This document shows, piece after piece, positions 24,580-38,183 of a stretch of 64,000 bases of DNA. The position numbers and the translations under genes are program-made. Source of the DNA: Felis catus (taxonomy: Eukaryota); the NCBI RefSeq assembly GCF_018350175.1, contig NC_058368.1:111230001-111294000 (forward strand), read 5' to 3'. Every line of letters starts with the position of its first letter. Position 1 is the stretch's first letter. The notes under the pieces are model-generated. The model saw only the letters and a list, made by a program, of their open reading frames with translations, searched no databases and was not told the origin of the DNA.

Positions 24580-26119
24580 GTAAGTATCTTAATTCATCTT
24601 AAATTTGAAACTAGCAAAATGAATAAGTAGTGTCAAAATAGAAAAAATGCTATATAATTGTGTTCTAAAACTCCATAAAATTGATTCGTTAACTTTAGAT
24701 CTCACTTTCTCTGAGAAACATAAATTTATTTTAACTTAAAAAAAAATATTTATTCATTTTGAGAGAGAGTGTGAGTGGGGGAGGGGGAGAGAGAGAGGGG
24801 ACAGAGGACCCAAAGCTGGTTCTGTGCTGACAGCAGCAAGCCTGGTGTGTGGCTGAAACCCACGAATCATGAGATCACGACCTGAGCTGAAGTCAAACCC
24901 TCAACCGACTGAGCCACCCAGGTGCCCCTTACTTTTTTTAAATGAAAAAATTTCAAACATGTAAATAGAAAGAATGTAGTGAACTTCCAGGTACTTATCC
25001 CTCACCTTCAATATTTTTAGCGTTCATCTGTTTTTGCTTCATCTAATTCCTCCCATACGTAAACACTTTTTTCCCCTTGAGTGTTTTTACTCAAACCATA
25101 GTCAGCATATCCTTTTAACTATAAGTACTTAGAATTATTTTTAACCCTAAGATTCAAGTATTACACTACACAAAATTCGCAATAGTTCCATAATATGATT
25201 TAATACCTGGTTCTAGTTTTGGTTTTGGTTGTCTCAGAAATGTCTTTTTACTGTAAGTTTGTTGACATAAGAATACAAACAGTGTGTACAAGTGGCATTT
25301 CATTATCCTATCTCTTAAGTCTCTTAAAATATCTGTATGTTAAATGGTTCCTTAGATACTTAGTGTAACCCATAAAAGCTAGTATGACTTTTCAGTGTAA
25401 TGAAACATAGTGCTCTTGTGTTGTGTGGAAGAATGTGAAGTATCAAATCATATCAGAAGTGGACTACTAAGTCCTTCACCTTGGTGAAAGGAGCCTCCTT
25501 GTTCTTTCTGGCATTTTTTTTTTTTTTAAGTTTATTTACTTGTTTTGAGAGAGAGAGTGTGTGCAGGAGCATGTGCAGAAGGGGCACACAGAGAAGGAAC
25601 GAGAGAATCTCAAGCAGGCTCTTGGCTGTCAGCCCAGAGCCCCATGTGGGGCCTGATCCCATGACCCTGGGATCATGACTGGAGCCGAAATCGAGAGTTG
25701 AATGCTTAACTGACTGAGCCACTCAGTGTACCCAGTATTTATATTTTTAATTTAGATTGTATATGGGGATTGTCTGTTGATGTGAAACTCCACTGACTCA
25801 TCTAAGCCTGAGCAACAAGAATGAAAACTAGTTTGTCCCTCTCCTTAAGAAACTATAGGTCAACACATTTAAGTTCTTAAAGACAAATCCTCCTGTTGCT
25901 CTTTTTTTTTTTTTTTTTTTAAGGTTTATTTACTTTTGAGAGAGAGTGAACAGGGGAGGGGCAGAGAGAGTAGGGGATAGAGAATCTGAAGTGGGCTCAG
26001 TGCCAACAGCAGAAAGCCTGATGCAGGGCTTGAACTCAAGAACCGTGAGATCATGACCTTAGCTGAAGTCAGACACTCAACAAACTGAGCCAGTGAGGTG
26101 CTCCTTACTGCTCTTCTTT

Positions 26120-26351
26120 TTTTTTTTTTTTTTTTATTTTTATTTTTTCAATGTTTATTTATTTTTGGGACAGAGAGAGACAGAGCATGAACGGGGGAGG
26201 GGCAGAGAGAGAGGGAGACACAGAATCGGAAACAGGCTCCAGGCTCCGAGCCATCAGCCCAGAGCCCGACGCGGGGCTCGAACTCACGGACCAAGAGATC
26301 GTGACCTGGCTGAAGTCGGATGCTTAACCGACTGCGCCACCCAGGTGCCCC
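26120..26351 (-). mobile_element. Young feline Can-SINE
   Basis: TSD CTTACTGCTCTTCTT at 26104-26118 and 26352-26366. Confidence 0.93.
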
Positions 26352-27057
26352 CTTACTGCTCTTCTTAAGACAAACAACATAAGAGATTTGGGTAACCTTT
26401 AAAAATTTTTTTAGTGTTTTTATTATTTTTGAGAGAGAGAGACAGAGTGCAAGTGGGGGAGAGGCAGAGAGAGAGGGAGACACAGAATATGAAGCAGGGT
26501 CCAGGCTCTGAGCTGTCACCCAGAGCCTGATGTAGGGCTTGAACTCATAGCTGTGAGATCATGACCTGAGCCAAAGTCGGACGCTTAACCAGCTGAGCCA
26601 CCCAAGAGTCCTTGGGTAAACTTTTAAAAGAAGTGCAGTACTTAATTTATATTTTGGAATTACCATTTATGGTAATTTTTTAAAACTATTTTTGATAAAT
26701 TAAAATCATCTACAAAGTTTTCACTACAGGAACATGAAAAGTTTTGTATACACTTTCAAGTATTTTTTATCTGCCACTTCCTGTGTGACTTATTTAACTT
26801 CATATAGGTGTAATGAGTTTTGGATTGCTTTATTATTGCTTGGTTTTGTTGATTGTTTGGCTTCTGCAGTGTTTTCACTTTGTGCAGGGTATGTTTTCAT
26901 GCTAATTAAACATTGAATGGGTTGAACATTTATGTTGGGACACTTCCCATAATACCAAAGTAGTTATTTGCATGTTAACTCTTCACAGATATTATATATA
27001 TATATATATATTTATATGGGAAAACTTGATGAAATCCTCTTCTGAATTTGTTTATAG

Positions 27058-27176
27058 GCTTCCTGGCAATACTAGGACAAAAATTGGCTTCATTACGTTT
27101 GATAGTACAATCCACTTCTACAGTCTTCAAGAAGGTCTCTCTCAACCTCAGATGCTAATAGTTTCAGATATTGAAG
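27058..27176 (+). CDS. SEC24A: SEC24A exon 11
   Basis: ttatag|GCTTCC...GAAG|gtatat; LPGNTRTKIGFITFDSTIHFYSLQEGLSQPQMLIVSDIE. Confidence 0.96.
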
Positions 27177-27499
27177 GTATATATTATACACTTTAAATTA
27201 TTGAAATGTCTTAGGAATTTTCAGTTTTAGAAATATCATGTTATATAGTGTATATGATATGACTCTATTATATTGAGGGAAAAGACCTGGAGTATAAAAT
27301 GATAAGCTTGTTGGAATTGTAAGAGTCCTTCAGTCTAATCCCTCATTTACAGAAGAGGAAACAGTAATAGAGGTAAAGTGAATTCTGGACAAGGCAACAA
27401 AAACAAGTTAATGTTCAAATTCAGATTAAATGTAGTTTCTTTTTCCCTCATTCATTCATTCATTCATTCATTCATTCGTTCATTCAAAAAGTATTTGAG

Positions 27500-30400
27500 A
27501 ATAGACATATAAGAGTAATGGAATAGAATAGAGGGCCCAGGAATAAACCCTCACATATATGGTGAATTGATTTTTGACATGGAAACCAAGGCCATTCAAT
27601 AGGGAAAAAACTGTCTTTTCAACAAATGATTCGGAGGAAAATGAGCATGCAAAAGAATGAAGTTGGACCCTTACTTAAAACATATAAAAAAATGGATCAA
27701 AGATCTAAACTCAAGGGCTAAAACTATAAAACTCTTAAAAGAAAACAGAGGAAAATGTTTATAACATTGGGTTTGGCAGCGATTACCTGGGTATACATCA
27801 AAAGTAGAGGTAACAAAAAATAAATTGAACTTCATGAACACTAAGACCTTTTGTACATCAAAGAACATTTTCAAAAGAGTGAAAAGAGGACTCACAAAAT
27901 TGGCAAAAATATATGCAGATCATATGAATGATGCAGGATCAATATCTAGAACATGTAAAGAACTCCTCAACTCAATGATTAAAAAAAATGGCACAATTCA
28001 AAAATGGGCAAAGGACTTAAATGGACATTTCCCCAAAGAAGATACATGAATGGTCAATAAGCACATGAAAAGAAAAATGCTCAACATCATTAGTCATTAG
28101 AGATATGCTTCTCAGCAATAGCCAAACTACGGAGAGCCCAAATGTCCATTGACTGCTAAATGGATAAGGAAGATGTACAATGTATATACAGTGGAATATT
28201 ATTATCCATCAAAAAGAATGAAATCTTTCCATTTGCAATGACGTGAATGGAGCTAGAATGTGTGATGCTAAGCAAAATAAATCAGAGAAAGACAAATACC
28301 TTATGATTTCACTCGTGGGAATTTAGAAACAAAACAGATGAACATACGGGAATGGGGGGAAGAGAAGAGAGGGAGACAAACCATAAGAGACTCTTAATGA
28401 TAGAGAACAAACTATGAGTTGACAGAGGGAAGTGGGTGGGTGATTGGCTAGGTGGGTGATGGGTACTGAGGAGGGCACCTGTTGTGATGAGCACTAGGTG
28501 TTGTATGTAAAGTGACAAGTCAATAAATTCTCCTAAAACCAATATCGCACTGTGTTAACCAAGTAAAATTAAATAAATAAACAAACAAACAAACCTCTCA
28601 AAACCAAAAGAAAAAAAAAGAAACACGAATCACAACCACAGTGAGATACAATTTCACATCCATTACAGTGGCTATTATCAAAAAAATAGGACATGATAAG
28701 TTTTGACAAAGATGTGGAAACCCTGGAACTGTCATGCATTACTGATGGGAATGTACAATGGTACAGTGCTATGGAAAACAGTTTGGCAATTCCTCAAAAA
28801 AGTTAAACACATAGTTGTCATTATGATGTAGCAGTTCTACTCCCAGTATATACCTAAAATAATTGAAAGCAGGCTCAAACCAATACTCATACCAAGGTTC
28901 ATAGCAACATTATTCACAGTAGCCAAATATGTAAACAATTCAAGTATCCATCAACAGATGGTTGGATAACAGATGAATGGATAAACAGTGTGGTATATAC
29001 ATATACTCAAGAATGAAATTCTGTTGCATGCTATAACACGGATGAACTTTGAAAACATGCGAAGTAAAATAAGTTAGGTGCAAAAGCACAAGGATCGTAT
29101 GATTCTGCTTATATGAGATACTGAGAATAGGCACATTCATGGAGATAGAAAGTAGAATACAGGTTACCAGGGGTTAAGGAGTTACTATTTAGTGAGTACA
29201 GAGTTTGCGATGATGAAAACATTCTGAAAATACATAATGGTGATGGCTATACAACATTGCGAATGTATGTACACTTAAAAATTGTACACTTAAAAATGGT
29301 TAAGGTGAGGGATGCCTGGCCGGCTCACTTGGTAGGGCATGTGACTCTTGACCCCACATATTGTGTATATTTCATAACCACAGTTAAGAAAATTAACTCA
29401 AAACTCATAGACTGGAGTGTGAGATTAAATTTTTTTTTTAATGTTTATTTATTTTTGAGAGACAGAGGGCATGAGCGGGGAGGAGCAGACAGAGAGGGAG
29501 ACACAGAATCTGAAGCAGGCTCCAGGCTCTGAGCTGTCAGCACAGAGCCCGACGTAGGACTTGAACTCATGAACTGTGAGATCATGACCTGAGCAGAAGT
29601 CAGATGCTTAACTGACTGGGCCACCTAGGTGCCCTTTGAGTATGAGATTAAAATAGAAGAAAACAGAAGTAAATCTTTGTGACCTTGGATTGGTTGATTT
29701 CCTAGGTATAACACCAAAAGCACAAACAACAAAAAATAGAAAAATAGAAAAAATAGGCTGGCTGGCTCAGTCGGTAGAGCATTCAACTCTTGATCTCAGG
29801 GTCATGAGTTTGAGTCTCACATTGGATGTAGAGATTAGTTTGAAAAAAGAGAGAAAAGGATAAATTTGATTTCTTCAGAAACTTCGTGTTTCAAAGGATA
29901 CCATCAAGAAAGTGAAAAGACTGTCCAGAATATGAGAAAATATTTGCAAATCATATGTCTGATCAGGAATTTATATCCAGATTATGTAAAAAAGCCCTAC
30001 AACTTAACCTGAAAAGGACATCTTGATTAAAAAGTGAGCAAAATATTTGAATAGACCTGTCTCTATTCAATACACAGTGTTCAATGGCCAATAAGCACTT
30101 GAAAAGATGCTCCATATCCTAAATTATCAGGGAAATACAAATGAAAACCACAATGAAATGCTACCTTACACTGACTAGGAAATTCAGAACTCAATTTTTT
30201 TTTTTTTTTGCTGCTGTCAGCATGTCTATAAATGGCCATAGAAGCATCATGAGTATTGGTTTTGTGGTTACAAATAAATTTTACTGAGTAGGCAAATTGG
30301 CAAATATAGAATCCACGAATAGTGAGGATTCACTGTACATCTTTAAAAGGTAGTAGTTGAGGAGAGCTCCCTTCTGTCTTGGTTATTCTAAATCTCACAA

Positions 30401-31200
30401 AAAATCAGCTTTATTTCCTAACCTGTTTACCCAGATACTTACTTCATTGTTCGCTGAACAGGTGATTCTGATGATGGGCCAAATTGTGAATTCAGTGATG
30501 TGGTCCAGCCTCTCAATTTTATACATAAGCTGATAGATGGAATGTCCCTTGCTGTATGTCACATAGCAGGGATTTAAAAAAAGACAGTAACAAAGTATTT
30601 TCAAGAAAGTGGAGAAATTACAACTCTCATATACTGCTGTTTGGAACGGAAAATGTTGCAGCCACTACAGAAAACAGTCTGTCACTTCCTCCAGAAGTTA
30701 AACATAGAGTTACCATATGATCCAGCAATTCTACTCAATATTTATATACTCAAAAAAATTAAGACTATGTGCATGTGAATGTTCATAGCAACATAGCCAA
30801 AAAAGTAGAAACAACCCTAATACCCATTAGTTGATGAATGTGTAAACAAAAAAATGTATCTATACAATGAAATATTTGTCAATGAAAGAGAATAAAGTAC
30901 TGATAGATGCTACCACATGGGCAAGCCTTGAAAACATTTTGTTGTGTAAGAAGCCAGTCACAAAGGACCTCATAGTGTGACTTTGTTAGTACGATGTGTC
31001 CAGCGTACACAAATCCAGAGACAGACTGGCAGCTGCCTAGTGCTGTGAGAGTTGTCAGGGTCATGAAGAATGGCGGCTAAGTCATGTGGCATTTCTTTTC
31101 AGGATGATGGGAAGGATCCGGAATTACTGGTGATGGTTGTGTAATTTTGTGAACATATTAAAAAATTACTGAATTGTATCTTCTACGAGGGTGAATTCTA
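27500..31200 (+). mobile_element. Mosaic of old L1 ORF2/3' UTR fragments with nested carnivore L1 3' end (~28110-28620), SINEs and a Tigger-like fragment (~30190-30337)
   Basis: Degenerate ORF2 peptides (IQKWAKDLNGHFPKED) and multiple L1 3' UTR-like blocks; boundaries approximate. Confidence 0.8.
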
Positions 31201-32319
31201 TGTTTTATGAATTGTTGTTTTTTTTTTATATTACATTTCTTTATTTTTGAGAGGCAGAGAGAGACATAGTGCAAGTGGGGGAGGGGCAGAGAGAGGCAGA
31301 CACAGAATCTGAAGAAGGCTCCAGGCTCTGAGCTGTCAGCACAGAGCCCGACGCGGGGCTCAAACTCATGAACTGTGAGATCATGACCTGAGCCAAAGTT
31401 GCACACTCAACCAACTGAGCCACCCTGGCGCCCCCATGTTTTGTGAATTGTATCTCTGTAAAATTTTTATTAAACATTTTTTAGTTCTAAAGAAAAAAGA
31501 AGAAATCTAAACAGAATTTTTATATGACAGGTCAAGTAAATAATGTTTCACATTATTTTTTTGGTATTACTTTTTACAAAGATTGTAATGAGCCTTTTTT
31601 TAAAAAATCACAAACAGTACCAAAATGTAGAAAGTGAGACTTCTCATAATCCGTCACCACCACCGACATTTCCCTTCCCCATTTGCTCCCTTTTTAAGGA
31701 AGAGAATTTAATTCCTAAGTAACAATAAATTTGAATCCTGAGGAGCTCATCTGATGTGGTCAGTTAGCCTATCTTCTGATGTAATTGATTTTGTAGTTTC
31801 AGAAGTATAGGCACTGGTGGGGGCCTCATTTATGAGAGTATCTCCTTTTTGAATGACAGAGCAGTTGGTGGACTATGTGACTTCTTTGTAAAGACAGCTT
31901 TCTTGTATGTCATCTTATTCAACATTTTTTTTTTTTAATGATAAGAATGCTGGCTTTCAGGTCTAAGCAAGAATGTAAAGTAGCATTCTAAACTGTGTCT
32001 TTAACCTAAGAAGCAGAGCACTTCTGCAAACCCTTACTGAGTGCTTATAGATCAATATTTTCTAATATGATCTAATATGATCTAATATTTTCTAGGAGGC
32101 TATTTACCTTATACATGGTAACAGATAAGTTGCAGTAAATACCTAAATAAATGCTACTTTGGTGGCTTTTTGAACATGGGTAGACACTGCTGTATATGTA
32201 ATAGTAGAGAAGGTGGCTTTTCTTTAAATATGGAGGCAGTTAATTGTATCAGTGTTAAGTATTTGGAACATCTTTAACAATTAAGTTTTGTTTAAAAGAA
32301 ATATTTATTTATTTTTCAG

Positions 32320-32375
32320 ATGTTTTTATACCTATGCCAGAGAACTTATTAGTAAATTTAAATGAAAGTAAAGAG
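32320..32375 (+). CDS. SEC24A: SEC24A exon 12
   Basis: tttcag|ATGTTT...AGAG|gtaagg; VFIPMPENLLVNLNESKE. Confidence 0.95.
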
Positions 32376-32755
32376 GTAAGGCACATTTTCCTATCTGACA
32401 TACTTAATTATAATATTGAAGGATTATATTTTCAAAATGAACTTTAAGTAAAGTTTTGTTTGTTTCTGAGGTATTTTTAAGACGTGTAACATTTTATATT
32501 TGCTGTTAGTTAAAATTCATCAGATGAACAGCTCTTGAGTTTACCCTTGAACTGATGGCTTTTAAGTCTAATATAGCAAGATGCTTGTAATAGGGTAGAA
32601 GATAAGCCTATTGCATAAAGGAGGAAAACCTGAAGGAAACCTGCCTTGCCAGCCATTTGGGAAATTGGGAGGGTTGCTCAGATAAGCTTCTGGTCACTAC
32701 ATAGAAGCACTTTAGCTAGGCTGCTTTCAGTGCCCTTTGCTTTTCTGATTCACAG

Positions 32756-32824
32756 AGTGTCATTGGGGTCAGTTCAGAAGAAACTTATTACCTGCCTGGA
32801 AATTGCCATGACATAATACAGTGA
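32756..32824 (+). CDS. SEC24A: Candidate alternative last exon of a short SEC24A isoform (coding part)
   Basis: Acceptor ctttgcttttctgattcacag|AGT in phase 0 with exon 12; SVIGVSSEETYYLPGNCHDIIQ*; AATAAA at 32992-32997. Confidence 0.6.
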   Translation, partial: SVIGVSSEETYYLPGNCHDIIQ

Positions 32825-32991
32825 GAGGTGAACAGAATGTGTCTGAAGGGGGGATGTTGTCTACCCTGTACATGCATATATGCCGTAGGGGTAACATTTT
32901 AACTAGCAAGTCTATGGTCTTAGCTGTTGGCAACAGTGACTTCACCATAGTGTGAAGTACATTTTTTCCCTTTGACTCTCCTTATTTGTAC

Positions 32992-32997
32992 AATAAA
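32992..32997 (+). terminator. Intronic polyadenylation signal
   Basis: TGTA at 32987-32990, AATAAA, then GT/T-rich downstream element (gtagttgtttttcattttgtttt). Confidence 0.6.
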
Positions 32998-33473
32998 CCT
33001 GAATAGGTAGTTGTTTTTCATTTTGTTTTTCTTTTGTAGTGGTATTACTAGTTGGCAAATTTACTGGCTATCTTAGACTTTTCAATAGGGAAGAGTTAAA
33101 CTTGCTTTGGAACTGAAAAGAATAATGTGTGTAGAGGTGATTGAGAAGGCCATGTTTCATGGCATTAAAATAAAACAAATCTCTAACCTGTGATGGTTCT
33201 TTTGGATACATTTTGGACTTATAGTCTTGCTGGACTACTGCATGTGCAAGAACTGTAAGGCCCCAATTTTGATTTGTCTTGCTTGCCAATTTATAATGTT
33301 GACTTAAAATGGCTTTCTTGTCATTTGACCAACTTCATTGTTTACTGTACTGTCTGTAGATTCTCTGACCATCATCACAACTCGGTGTCTTGTCTACTGT
33401 ATTAGTTACTGATTTTTTGTGAAAAAAAATTTTACTTGTAACACCTTTGAGTTTTCTTGCTTTATTTTACAAG

Positions 33474-33680
33474 CTTGTTCAAGATTTACTGAAAACTTTG
33501 CCACAAATGTTCACCAAGACCCTGGAAACGCAGAGTGCCTTGGGTCCTGCACTTCAGGCTGCCTTTAAGCTGATGTCCCCAACTGGTGGTCGAATGTCTG
33601 TCTTTCAAACACAACTTCCTACTCTTGGAGTGGGAGCCCTGAGACCGCGAGAGGAGCCCAACCAAAGGTCTTCTGCTAAG
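33474..33680 (+). CDS. SEC24A: SEC24A exon 13
   Basis: tacaag|CTTGTT...TAAG|gtgagg; LVQDLLKTLPQMF...PREEPNQRSSAK. Confidence 0.96.
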
Positions 33681-34993
33681 GTGAGGGTGTCATCACATGT
33701 ATGTTACTGTACATGGTGGTGTTCTGCTCTGTCCCTTTGACCACAAAGCTTGTTTCTCATTTACTTTTCAGTTGTGGAGAGTAGGGAGTATAAGGAAATA
33801 GGTAAAGCATTTCTCTTTTATGTCATAATTTCTATTTTATTACATTTTCTACCTGATTGACTCTTACTTTACTGTTGGATATTTGGCATGCTACTCACAA
33901 TGCAGCCTGCCTTTGATGAGAAAGTCTGGCAGCTAAGGAATATGCTTCTAGGGACAAAGTAGAACATGGATAAACACTAAAACGTAGTCATAGTTTGGTA
34001 TACTGACTGCCATAGAATTGCTTTTAACACCTTGTATGTATAAACTTAATTTGAGATGAGTATTTTTCAAAAGATGATGAGAGTTGCCATGTGCTACAAT
34101 TATGGTGTCAGTCCTGGAGTCTGTCTCCCTAAATTCTGCTTTTTAGGTGTATGAACTTGAGTAGTTAATTTCTTTGCCCTTCTCTTTCCTTATGTTTATT
34201 TATAAAGTGAAAATAATGGTAGTTACCTGCTTCTTATAGTAGTTCAAAAGGCTGAATGGATAATACACATGAATTGTTTAGAACAGTTTCCAGCATAGTA
34301 AACGTTAAATCGATTACCGAAATTAGCATAATAGGTATACTTCTTTTTAAAAGTAAAACAAAATAGGGGCACCTGGGTGGCTCAGTTAAGCTTCTGACTT
34401 CAGCTCTGTCATGATCTCATAGTTTATGAGTTCAAGCTCTGCGTTGGGCTCTCCGTTATCAGCACAGAGCCCACTTCCATCTTCTCTCTCCCTCTCTTTC
34501 TGCCCCTCCCCAGCTCACTTTCGCTCGCTTACTTGCTCTCTCTCAAAAGATAAAAAATAAAGGTAAAACAAAGTAGAAAATAGTTAAGCAGTACATGTTT
34601 TTTTACTGAAAAAGTGAAAAAATATTACAAAAATAAAGGATTTTTTTAGACTACCCCCCAAGGCTACTGTTAACATCTTGGTATATATAGATAGATTTTA
34701 AAATTTTATGACAATTTAGAGGCACCTGAGTGGCTCATTTAGTTAAGTGTCCTACTCTTGATTTCAGCTTAGGTCATGATCTCACAGTTTGTGCGTGGGT
34801 TCAAGCCCCACATTGGGTTCTGTGCTGACCTTGTGCAGCCTGCTTGGAATTCTCTGTCCCTCTCTCTCTGCCCCTCCCCTGCTCCCTTGAGCTCTCCCTT
34901 TCAAAATAAATGAATAAATAAAGTTTTAAAAAACATAAAAATTTTATGACAATTTAATTTAAATTTTTTCTTTATATAATTTATTATTAATAG

Positions 34994-35114
34994 GAAATTC
35001 ACTTGACACCATCCACTGACTTCTATAAGAAATTAGCCTTGGATTGTTCTGGTCAGCAGGTAGCCGTTGACTTATTCCTTCTTAGTGGACAGTATTCTGA
35101 TTTGGCTTCTCTGG
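34994..35114 (+). CDS. SEC24A: SEC24A exon 14
   Basis: taatag|GAAATT...CTGG|gtaagt; EIHLTPSTDFYKKLALDCSGQQVAVDLFLLSGQYSDLASL. Confidence 0.96.
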
Positions 35115-35430
35115 GTAAGTTCTTCCTCATGACTATTTTTTTTCAAATGAATGTGAAAGTGGTATTTATATGATGATATTCCAAATAGAGGACAAAGTGA
35201 AGGGATTTTTATTCCTTTGGGAGAGTTAATCAGTCTACTATAAACCTTTTGGTCTTCTACTCTAAATATTTATAATAGAGACTTTTTTATACTATTTAAA
35301 AGAATGAAATTTTCTTTTCTGATAATACTTTGGGAGGCTAAGGAAGAATTGATTCAAATACCAGTAGTTTTTTTGGTGCAGTCATAGCACTTAATGGCAG
35401 GATTTTTTTAAAGTGTGTGTTCTCTTCCAG

Positions 35431-35589
35431 GTTGTATTTCTCGGTATTCAGCAGGTAGTGTCTATTACTATCCCTCTTACCACCATCAGCAGAACCCAGT
35501 ACAAGTACAGAAATTACAGAAGGAACTACAGAGATACCTCACTCGAAAGATTGGCTTTGAGGCAGTCATGAGGATTCGGTGCACGAAAG
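35431..35589 (+). CDS. SEC24A: SEC24A exon 15
   Basis: ttccag|GTTGTA...AAAG|gtggga; CISRYSAGSVYYYP...GFEAVMRIRCTK. Confidence 0.96.
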
Positions 35590-37239
35590 GTGGGACTTTT
35601 ATTTTTTAACATATGCATAGAAATGTTGCTTTTGATACCAGTAAATACACATTTTCAGCTAGTCTTATTTCATGTTTGCTCTTCTAAGATATTTTACTTA
35701 CACTGATGGAATATGCAGTTAATAATAGATAAGGGGTGCCTTGCTTGTTCAGTCGGTAGACCATGGGACTCTTGATCTCAGGGTTGTGAATTCAAGCCAA
35801 CATTGGATGTGGAGCCTAGGTGAAAAAAAAAAGAATGGAGAAGAAACATTATAAAATGGGGACTCTTTTGAATATACCAAAAGCCACTGAATTGTACACT
35901 TTATGTATAATTTTTATAAATTTTTTAGTGTTTGTTTTTGAGAGAGAGAGGGCGGGAGGGAGGGAGGGAGGGAGAGATTGTGAGTAGGAGAGGGGCAGAG
36001 AGAGAGGGAGACACAGAATCTGAAGCATGCTCCAGGCTCTGAGCTGTTAGCACAGAGCCCAAGGTGGGGCTCGAACTCACAAACCGTGAGATCATGACAT
36101 GAGCTGAAGTTAGAGGTTTAACCAACTAAGCTATCCAGGCACCCCTATGTGTAATTTTTATGGTATGTGAATTATATCTAATTTTAAAAAATCATATCCC
36201 TCCTCTCCCCCTCCCCCCACCAAAAATAGGCATGGATTTTTATTCCATGTCTTGAACAGAAACAGTAGTAGTGAAAGGTGTTTTTTTAATAAAACAATTA
36301 TTTTTTTAATTACAGTAAATATTCATAACAAAATTTTTTATTTAACCATTTAAAAGTATACAGTTGAATGGCATTAAGTACATTTTCTTTTTTTGTTGTT
36401 TTGTTTTGTTTTGTTTTGAAGTACATTTTCATTATTGTGCCACCATCCCCACCATTGATCTTACAAGTAGGAGATCTTTTTATTTGTGCTCTTCTCTATC
36501 TGCACTGCTACTAACCTTGCCTCAGTGTTGCTTTGGAAATAGTCTGAAAGTTTCAGAATGCTTTAATCCAGTGTATTTTTCAGGATAAATGCCTGTGGCT
36601 GCTAAATGATAATAACTATTCTCTTAAGAAAATGGGAAATAATTCCAGATATTTTATTCCTTCACATTATCAACCTGGTTCTAATCTTTAAAATAATGCT
36701 GTTCTTTAAGAGGTGTGAAGCAATCATTTTTTTAACTTATTTTTTTTTAATGTTTATTTATTTTTGAGAGAGAGAGACAGAGTGTGAGTGGGGGAGGTGC
36801 AGAGAGAGAGAGAAACACAGAAACCAAACCGGGTTCCAGGCTCTGAGCTGTCAGCACAGAGCCTGATCATGACCTGAACCAGAGTCAGACGCTTAACCGA
36901 CTGAGTCACCCTGGACTCAATCTTTTTTTTTTTTTTTTTTTTTTCCAGTGGAAAGATTATATGAAATATGTAGCCAAAAAGAAAAAAAAAAAAAAAAGAT
37001 ATCAAAAGATAAGGATCCACAACCTGTCCACTAGATAGATGTTGAAATCTGTTGGTCAAACCATTTGCCAAATGGAGTTCTGTATTATCATTGTAATAAA
37101 AAGAAAAAATGATTGAGTGAAACAACTGGTAATAAAACATAAGTAACATCTTAAGTAAAGTATCATATAACACTTGTATAAGGCTGACACATCTTCAAAC
37201 AACTCAGGTATTAGTGTCACTCATAACCAGTTAGTTACC

Positions 37240-37906
37240 ACAGTAGCTTCTTTGGGTTTCTGTTTATTTTTGTGCTCTGATTGGCTGGCTATAGATTGGA
37301 GGTTCCTAAAACCCTCTCTTTGGGTTCAATTTATTTGCTACAGAGCAGCTTACAGAACTCAGAGAAACATTTTATTTACTTGATTGCTGGTTTTTTATAA
37401 AAGAATATAACTCAGGAACAGCCAAATGGAAGAGATGTGCAGGGCAAGGTATGGAGAAGGCAAAGGGCATGGAGCTTCTGCAGCTTCCATGTTCTCTCTG
37501 AGTGCTACACTCCTCCCAGATCTCCATGTGTGCACCAATCCAGATGCTCTCCGAAGGACCCCATCCTTTTGAGTTTTTATGAAGGCTTATTTACATAGTC
37601 ATGATTGCTTAGATTATTGGCAGTTGGTGACTGTATCATCCTCTAGGTCCTCTCCCCTCCCTGAAGGATGTTGGTGGGGTAGGGGTTGAACTGAAAGTTC
37701 CAGCCTTCTAATCACATGGTTGGGTCCTCTGGTAACCAGCCCCCATCCTTAGGTTACCTAGGTTCTTGCCAAAAGTCACTCCATCAACATAGCAAGAGAC
37801 ACTTTTGTGACTCTCATCACTTAGGAAATTCTAAGAGTTTAGGAGCTCTCTGCCAGAAATGGGTGAAGATCAAGTATATATTCTTATCATAAATCACAGT
37901 ATCACA
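37240..37906 (+). mobile_element. LTR remnant, MER21-like
   Basis: Recalled MER21 motifs (cagaactcagagaaac...aactcaggaacagccaaatggaagagatg...) ending ...aaatcacagtatcaca; 5' boundary and strand convention uncertain. Confidence 0.7.
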
Positions 37907-38009
37907 GTATCACAGTATTAAACCTTTAGATTTACTCTCTGCCAGTCTGATAAGTGACAGGGATAAAATGAAAATATATAAACGATTTTGATAAAGTTTT
38001 CTCTTCTAG

Positions 38010-38183
38010 GTCTTTCCATTCATACCTTCCATGGGAACTTCTTTGTTCGGTCAACAGACTTACTGTCTTTGCCTAATGTAAACCCAGATGCTGGGTATGC
38101 AGTACAGATGTCAGTGGAAGAGAGTCTTACTGACACTCAGTTGGTTTCCTTTCAGTCTGCACTCTTGTATACATCCAGCAAAG
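38010..38183 (+). CDS. SEC24A: SEC24A exon 16
   Basis: ttctag|GTCTTT...AAAG|gtaagg; LSIHTFHGNFFVRSTDLL...FQSALLYTSSK. Confidence 0.97.
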
